The notes under the pieces were generated by a model, which worked only from the letters and a program-made list of their open reading frames with translations, was not told where the DNA came from and did not search any database. Below, in pieces: positions 57,901-64,000 of a stretch of 64,000 nucleotides of DNA. How positions within the stretch are numbered: the first letter of the stretch is position 1; each line of letters starts with the position of its first letter. The stretch spans positions 42,904,001 through 42,968,000 of the forward strand of contig OZ360238.1 in assembly GCA_977017645.1 (NCBI GenBank), written 5' to 3'. Origin of the DNA: Torpedo marmorata (taxonomy: Eukaryota). The position numbers and the translations under genes are program-made.

Positions 57901-60251
57901 GGAACCAACAACAAAACAAGAAAGCACCTGTCTTTTTCCATCTCTCATGTTTCCATTGAAGCAAAGATGGCATTGACCTAAAACTCCCCATTCTCAAGTT
58001 GTCTAAGTTTATTTCAGCTATTCTATTGCAAAATAAATTCCTTCCTTCGTAGCTAATTCTTATATATTGTTGCTTTGCTGAAAGACTGAGTTAAGCATCA
58101 GTTTATCCTGAAAAATATTTAACTATTAACCTCTTAGTATCACCCCCTGCATGAGGGGTAAGGTATTGTTAAGGTATTGTTTCGACATGACCCATGGTTC
58201 ATTCTGTAGAAATTCAAGCACAATGGCTGGACCTTAAAATCAAGAGTGCAACACTTAATAAGCAGAGTCATGTTTTTTTCTCTTGTTTCTGCTGAGAAAA
58301 AATAAATTTAAATGGTGTAAATCTGATTTCTTTGTAATTTCAGCAGTTCTTACAAAGATATTTCAATTAGCTTGCTTTGATGAAAATATTTGCAACAGCG
58401 TTGTGCAAAACAAATTCTGAAGGCATTTAAAGATATCTTCAAATCACCAGGAAGCCAGACGTGGATGAAGAATCAATTTGCCATTGTTCTCAGCAGAGGA
58501 CAGCCTCAGAATCCCCTTGACTCAATATATTGGAACATGTAAAAACCCATTATACCATTTCCCTTCCTACATCAGCTCCTCACCCATAATAAGGACCATA
58601 AACTACAATAATAGTAAATACAAGAAGATCAATAGAAAATGAGTTTAAGGAGCAATATGCAGTGTTTTAACCGAGGGAATTTTACAATACTATTGATGGA
58701 TTCTAATTATTATTAATGTGGTCGATATTCTATTGTAAAATTCCAGTTGCAATGGGATACCAAGGTTCTCCCTATGAACTGATTTTTTTTGTGTACAACT
58801 CATAGTGCACAGAGCAAATGAAATTACTGTTAACTGAATTCAAAAACAGATGACTGCTTCCTCCATCTGAAAAGAGTAGACGGAAGATCACAGTGATCAC
58901 ACGCTGAGCACATCACAGGCACAAGGAGGTAGATCTTATGCAGCAAGGGTTGCAATCTCTGGTGTCAACAATGTACAACAGCCTCCAAAGGGGTAACATT
59001 GATATTAACACATAATAGGTATTAAAGCTATAGCACACACAGGTTTGAACCAGGTGGTACAAGTTGATATTTCCATTTGCTGCTGGGGTCTTCAATTGTC
59101 TAGTCAACACCCTTTCATAGCCATGTGGGATTTTGATGAAACATTACAAGAGATCAATCAATATAAAGCTTTATCAGAGCCACCTTTAAAAATATACATC
59201 CACAATGAGTAATATCTGGCTGTGATGTGAACGCAGTGCATTCAAACTAGCATCCAGATGAATTACTCGGGTCTCCCAGTCATGGGCTGGATTGGAATAG
59301 CTTGCCATTATAACTTGTGCCCAGCTGAATGAACTGTCAGCTCCTTTCTTTCCTCTTTCCATTCCTCTTGGCTAAGTAGCTTCTTCCCAGGAGGCAGCAG
59401 AATCGATGCACGAGGCCACGTTAAATGTGCCTGCGCTTGGTTAATATGGAGAGATGTTGGCTGCAAGCTCTGAGAGGGTTAGGGGGCACTTACCTTTTAC
59501 ATTTAGAGTGGAGAGGAAAGCTTTGAGGAAGGCAGTCCAAACCATTTGTTTTACAAAGATAAAATAAAATCCAAATAAGCCACAGATCCTTCATTATTTG
59601 ATTTTAAAAATTGTGAGCTGACTGTTCAGACGGTCCACCTACTGTTTTGAGGCCGTTCTCCACACATGAACAAGTCTTTCCTGACTTGTATATAGTCAAA
59701 GGAAAACAATTGTCAAAGCTATTCCAAATCCCAAAATATTTCATACCCCAATTCCCAGAGGTATCCCAAAGACATTCAAGAAATCAAATCCATGATACAA
59801 TGGTTTAGAACATTGTTGACAAATGATTCAGGAACTCGACATTCATGAGCTCTGAAGTGGATTGCACTTTTTTCAGTGAGTGGGCAACCTGACGTGAATT
59901 TTTAGTTCAAGCCAGTTTCTAAAAGCAATAGAATTTCATTGCCACATGCAGCAAATGGTCTGCTAGTCATTGCACTCACTCTGCATAAAAAAATGCCCAA
60001 CAGACATTCAACTGGAACATGTGGCTTTTCCAGCAGAGAAAAAGTTTTTTTTTTGCTTTTCAGAAGTAAGTCCATGTGTTGAAGATTCTGCTATGGGGCT
60101 TGGAATTTAATGTTGCACTGGATGCCAACCATCCTAGCCATGGGTTTGAGCAGGATTGCTGTTCACTCCATTGATCCATTTCTTTCTGAAGATGGACTTG
60201 GATTAAAAAAAAAACGAGGCTTTAACCAGCTCAAAATGGGCACCTTTCTTT

Positions 60252-60488
60252 CTCTCTCGTCTTTAAACACCTTTTGGCTGTTGGTCTAGACTCCTCCCCT
60301 TCCCAATTCTTCCCCCTTTCTCTCTAGTCTTTAATTAAGATGCCTGTTTGCTTTTTGCTTATACCTTGAAGAAGGGCTCAGGCCCAAAACGTCGGTAATA
60401 TATCTATGGACGCTGCGGGACCTGCTGGTTCCTCCAGCATTTCTGTGTGTTTTTACTGCAATCTCAGTGTCTGGTGACTTTTGTTTCA
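60252..60488 (+). mobile_element. Penelope pseudo-LTR insertion with hammerhead-like motif
   Basis: TTGAAGAAGGGCTCAGGCCCAAAACGTCGG; TSD CACCTTTCTTT at 60241-60251 and 60489-60499. Confidence 0.8.
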
Positions 60489-61802
60489 CACCTTTCTTTA
60501 CTTGAGGAGCTGTGAGACAGTGGGTGACAAACAGACCATTATCATCAGAGATAAAAGTATCTAAGAAATATACACATGTAAAACCTTGGGTTTTCCAAGG
60601 TGTGGTGCCAGTTATGAATACACATATCTGGTATTAGTGAGAGGGAAGTTGCAGAGACTAAAGATTTTCAAAGGAAAGAGTGTCACGGCAAATCGATATT
60701 GGATATCACAAAGCAGTGAAGTTACACTTCTAAGGCATTATGGCATGCTGTTATTCTACTTTGGGGAGGTGGGCTTAAAAGAAAAGCTCATTCTAAAATC
60801 TACAGAAAAACAAAAAAGTAGTATTTCAAATGGAAATGGAAGTCTGACGAAAAACTGTAGCAGTAAGCTGAAGTAATTAACTCTGTTCTGTCTGATAAGG
60901 CAGGCAAAGCCCCTTTAATTAAAGACTGCAGTAATTTCACAGTACCACATGAAGGAGACAGGGTCTAATTAGCCACCCACTCGGCTATCACTCCAAGATT
61001 TGGCACTGTCGAGCAAAAGGGTCTGAGGAATTTATAAAAGCAGGTAAAACCATAGGTCACCATTGGATTTCATAAGAAATATTGTTATTAATTCTGTGTA
61101 AGATAATGGGAATCAATACAGACCATTTCTCTTTATGAAATATAACCTTCTTTTGACCCAAGCATGTCAATGTAAGTCACCTTATTATTTTAGTGCTCCA
61201 TGTAGATAGAATTTATGCAAAGGAATCAAGAAATAAAAATGTGATGACGTCTGATTAAAAAATTGTATCCTTAAAGGAGCTGTGAACCTTTGGTGAAATA
61301 TCCCTGAGCACTTCGATTTCCTCTTTTGGTAATTGGGCCAGTTTTGAAATGATTGAGTGTGGTGTTGTCAAACGCAGAACAGCTCAGGTCTCAAATTAAA
61401 ACCCTAACTGAACCTGTATATTTTCTTTTTTCCTGATTATGTCCAAAGGCATTTGTGGACAAACATGCCTGCTCACTGACACAGACTGATTACTGTGTTG
61501 GAGAAGTGCATCCCCAGCCTGGGGAAATCTCTTTTCCACCACTCATGGGTGGCTGTTGCTAACTGACTATGGCATCGAGGCAAACTGAAAGCCAACATTT
61601 GGGGAAAGTCTACTCGAGCATGTTCCTGGCTGAGAGCCACAAATAACAGCTGAAAGTAATCTCCCATCCTGGGACAAGTCTCTGATCACTAGCTGATCTG
61701 TCAAAGACAGTCACCACCCAATTTACATATCAAATTGACACAGATAAAGTAATGGATTGAGTTGGTACAGCACAGCCCAATCTCATCCAGAAGTGAATGC
61801 TT

Positions 61803-62052
61803 TGGCAGAACGGTTAGTGTTGTGGTTAGCACAACACCATTACAGCACCAGTGACCTGGGTTTGAATCCAGTGCTGTCGGTAAGGAGTTTGTGCGTACTC
61901 CCCGTATCTGCGTGGGTTTCATCCAGGTGCTCCAGTTTCCTCCCACATTCCAAAGATGTACGGTGTTGCTAGATTAATTGGTCACATGGATGTGTTTGGG
62001 CAGCACAGGCTCGTGGGCCGGAAGGGCCTGTTAACCGTGCTGGATTTCTAAA
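61803..62052 (+). mobile_element. V-domain SINE
   Basis: GGGTTTGAATCC B box, V-domain, GGGCCGGAAGGGCCTGTT tail. Confidence 0.88.
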
Positions 62053-62604
62053 TTAAAAATCAAATCAAACATGATCCAATCTGATCCAACCAAACCCAAC
62101 ACATGTAATCATGTCCTATCAGGCAGCCAAACTCCATTCCAGACCCTTACTTGCCAGATATCAATATGTCACACAACTGCCACCACTCAAGAATTAAGAT
62201 CTTGGCTATTCACATGAGGAGCTTTCACTGAAAGATATTTGGTCTCAACATTATTTTCAATATCCATCTGTCTCTAGTGTGCTTCATTTTTGGCTATCTT
62301 CATACACTTATGTAAACATTATTAAAAATCAAACACTACTTTACTTGAGATTTTCAAGAAGATGAAAAGTCACTGGAACTGAATAGCTGGCAAGAGCCAA
62401 CTGCAAAATGCAGTGTGTTTGGCAAGATTGCAATGAATCTTTCAGTACTCCATTCCCAGGAGATAGCATCTCTGTGGAGATGTGGAGCATTTAGAGTGTG
62501 TTTTGTAAATGTATCCATTTTTGACAATTGCTATGAATACTGTTGCCACAATAATCATTCGTTTCTCTTCCCTCCTGTTTCACCTGTCAGCATGGTGAAA
62601 ACAG

Positions 62605-62725
62605 ATTCAATTGTACTTTTGAAGGGGAACTGGATAGGCGCTTGGAAAGAGGAATGATCAGAGAAGTGGGACTGAACGGATAGGTTAGATGGGTTGAGTG
62701 ACCTCTTTGTGCAGTGCATGATTTC
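62605..62725 (+). mobile_element. Old CR1 3' end
   Basis: TTTGAAGGGGAACTGGATAGGC...GATGGGTTGAGTGACCTC. Confidence 0.5.
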
Positions 62726-64000
62726 GTGAAGAGGTGCCAGTTTGTCGAGATAGTCACTCCCTCCAAGATTTGAACATTTTCAAAAAACATATCAGCATCA
62801 TTTCCATTTGACTTCATGCTGTCAAATTTGGGTCAGTGTGGGACAATGGTGCATGATGAGCAAAAAGAATGTCTTGGTCATCTTGCACCACCTTCACATT
62901 ATTAATGCCCCCCCTCGCAACAACATGTCACTCAGAAGTCTTCTCTTTGAGCCCCACAGACTTTGAACATATTTAAGGTACTAATTCAAAGGGAAATTGT
63001 TGCTCCTGACCTCACTTGACATCCACACGTCTATATTTGGGGGAATCGCTGGATAGTGAACAGAAGTGAGAGCTGATTCTCCCATTCCCAATTTCAGATG
63101 ACTCCAGGCTAATTGTCACTTGCCAAGGACCAGTGAACTCAGCACAGCTTATCAATCAAACCTGAGGCCTGCTTGCTTTGTACAGCTCAGTTAATCATTC
63201 TATAATGTTCACAGAGGTTGTTAAAAGGGGCACTCTCATCTAGTGTATGGTGGCTGCATCATAAAGACCATGCCTTCTGCGCAAGTCTTCAAACCCAAAC
63301 AGGAGGTTAAAAGGATCAGAAATGAGAGTGACTAACTTCAGGGACATTTCCTCAGTCCCAATGTGTTGCAAATTTAACTGAAGTTTTTAGGAGAGAAGGT
63401 TGGCTTTTGATTGTTTGAGGAATTCAGTCAGATGGAATGATGACAGTGCCCCTTAAATGAGGAAAAAGGAGACATACGGTTGCCTGGATGGTGTGGACCA
63501 ATCAAAGCAAACACTGATTCAAAATGCCTTCAAATAGTAATTAACACATTCTAAGGTTTTGAACATTTGCTAATGATGTATAAAATGGCTCACAGCTGAT
63601 AATATGAATATGATTATAAATGTAATTTTGCTCCACCTCCTCTTATATTCCATCTGCTAATTATTTTTCCAGTGAAATGGCACGAGCAATGTTAATAAAG
63701 TCATGCTATGTTGCCTGTTTTCTGGCTTGCAATCTACAGAAGAGTGATAGAAAACAGCCTGACTTGATCATCTTGCTAAGCCAGTTTCCACACTTGCACT
63801 GCAGATGGTATTCTAGATATGCCAGTTATACTTGTAATAGCCTGGAAGTTAAAAACAAACTGTCACAGGAGAATTTTTGCACTCTTTCCTGAATTTATAA
63901 TATCTGAGACACATTTTAAAGGTTCACTCCGCTTTAATTTTGCACTTAATTCTTTTGTCATATTTTCTTTCATTTTACCTGGTTCCTTTTCGAAAGAGGC

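Overview
Eukaryotic, AT-rich, repeat-dense, apparently non-coding DNA (intergenic or deep intronic). The repeat content (tRNA-headed V-domain SINEs with CR1-like tails, Deu-domain SINE relics, abundant CR1, Rex1/Babar, L1, RTE and Penelope-like fragments) points to a cartilaginous fish (shark, ray or skate); this is inference. I find no recognisable host protein-coding exon, RNA gene or CRISPR array. Every long ORF with a recognisable product is a retrotransposon ORF2 fragment, and the rest look like chance ORFs. Main observations: (1) a composite hAT element in which two inverted MITEs carry 112 bp of foreign DNA under a single 8-bp target-site duplication (TSD); (2) a family of short Penelope-derived insertions with minimal hammerhead-ribozyme motifs, 11-16 bp TSDs and fold-back junctions at the ribozyme core; (3) a GC-rich, non-coding element with a Rex1-type tail, present twice; (4) several nested insertions whose order can be read; (5) repeat-poor blocks with clustered TF-like motifs and a CTCF-like site, which may be conserved enhancers. 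Family names come from motif recognition without database searches, and the boundaries of old repeats are approximate.
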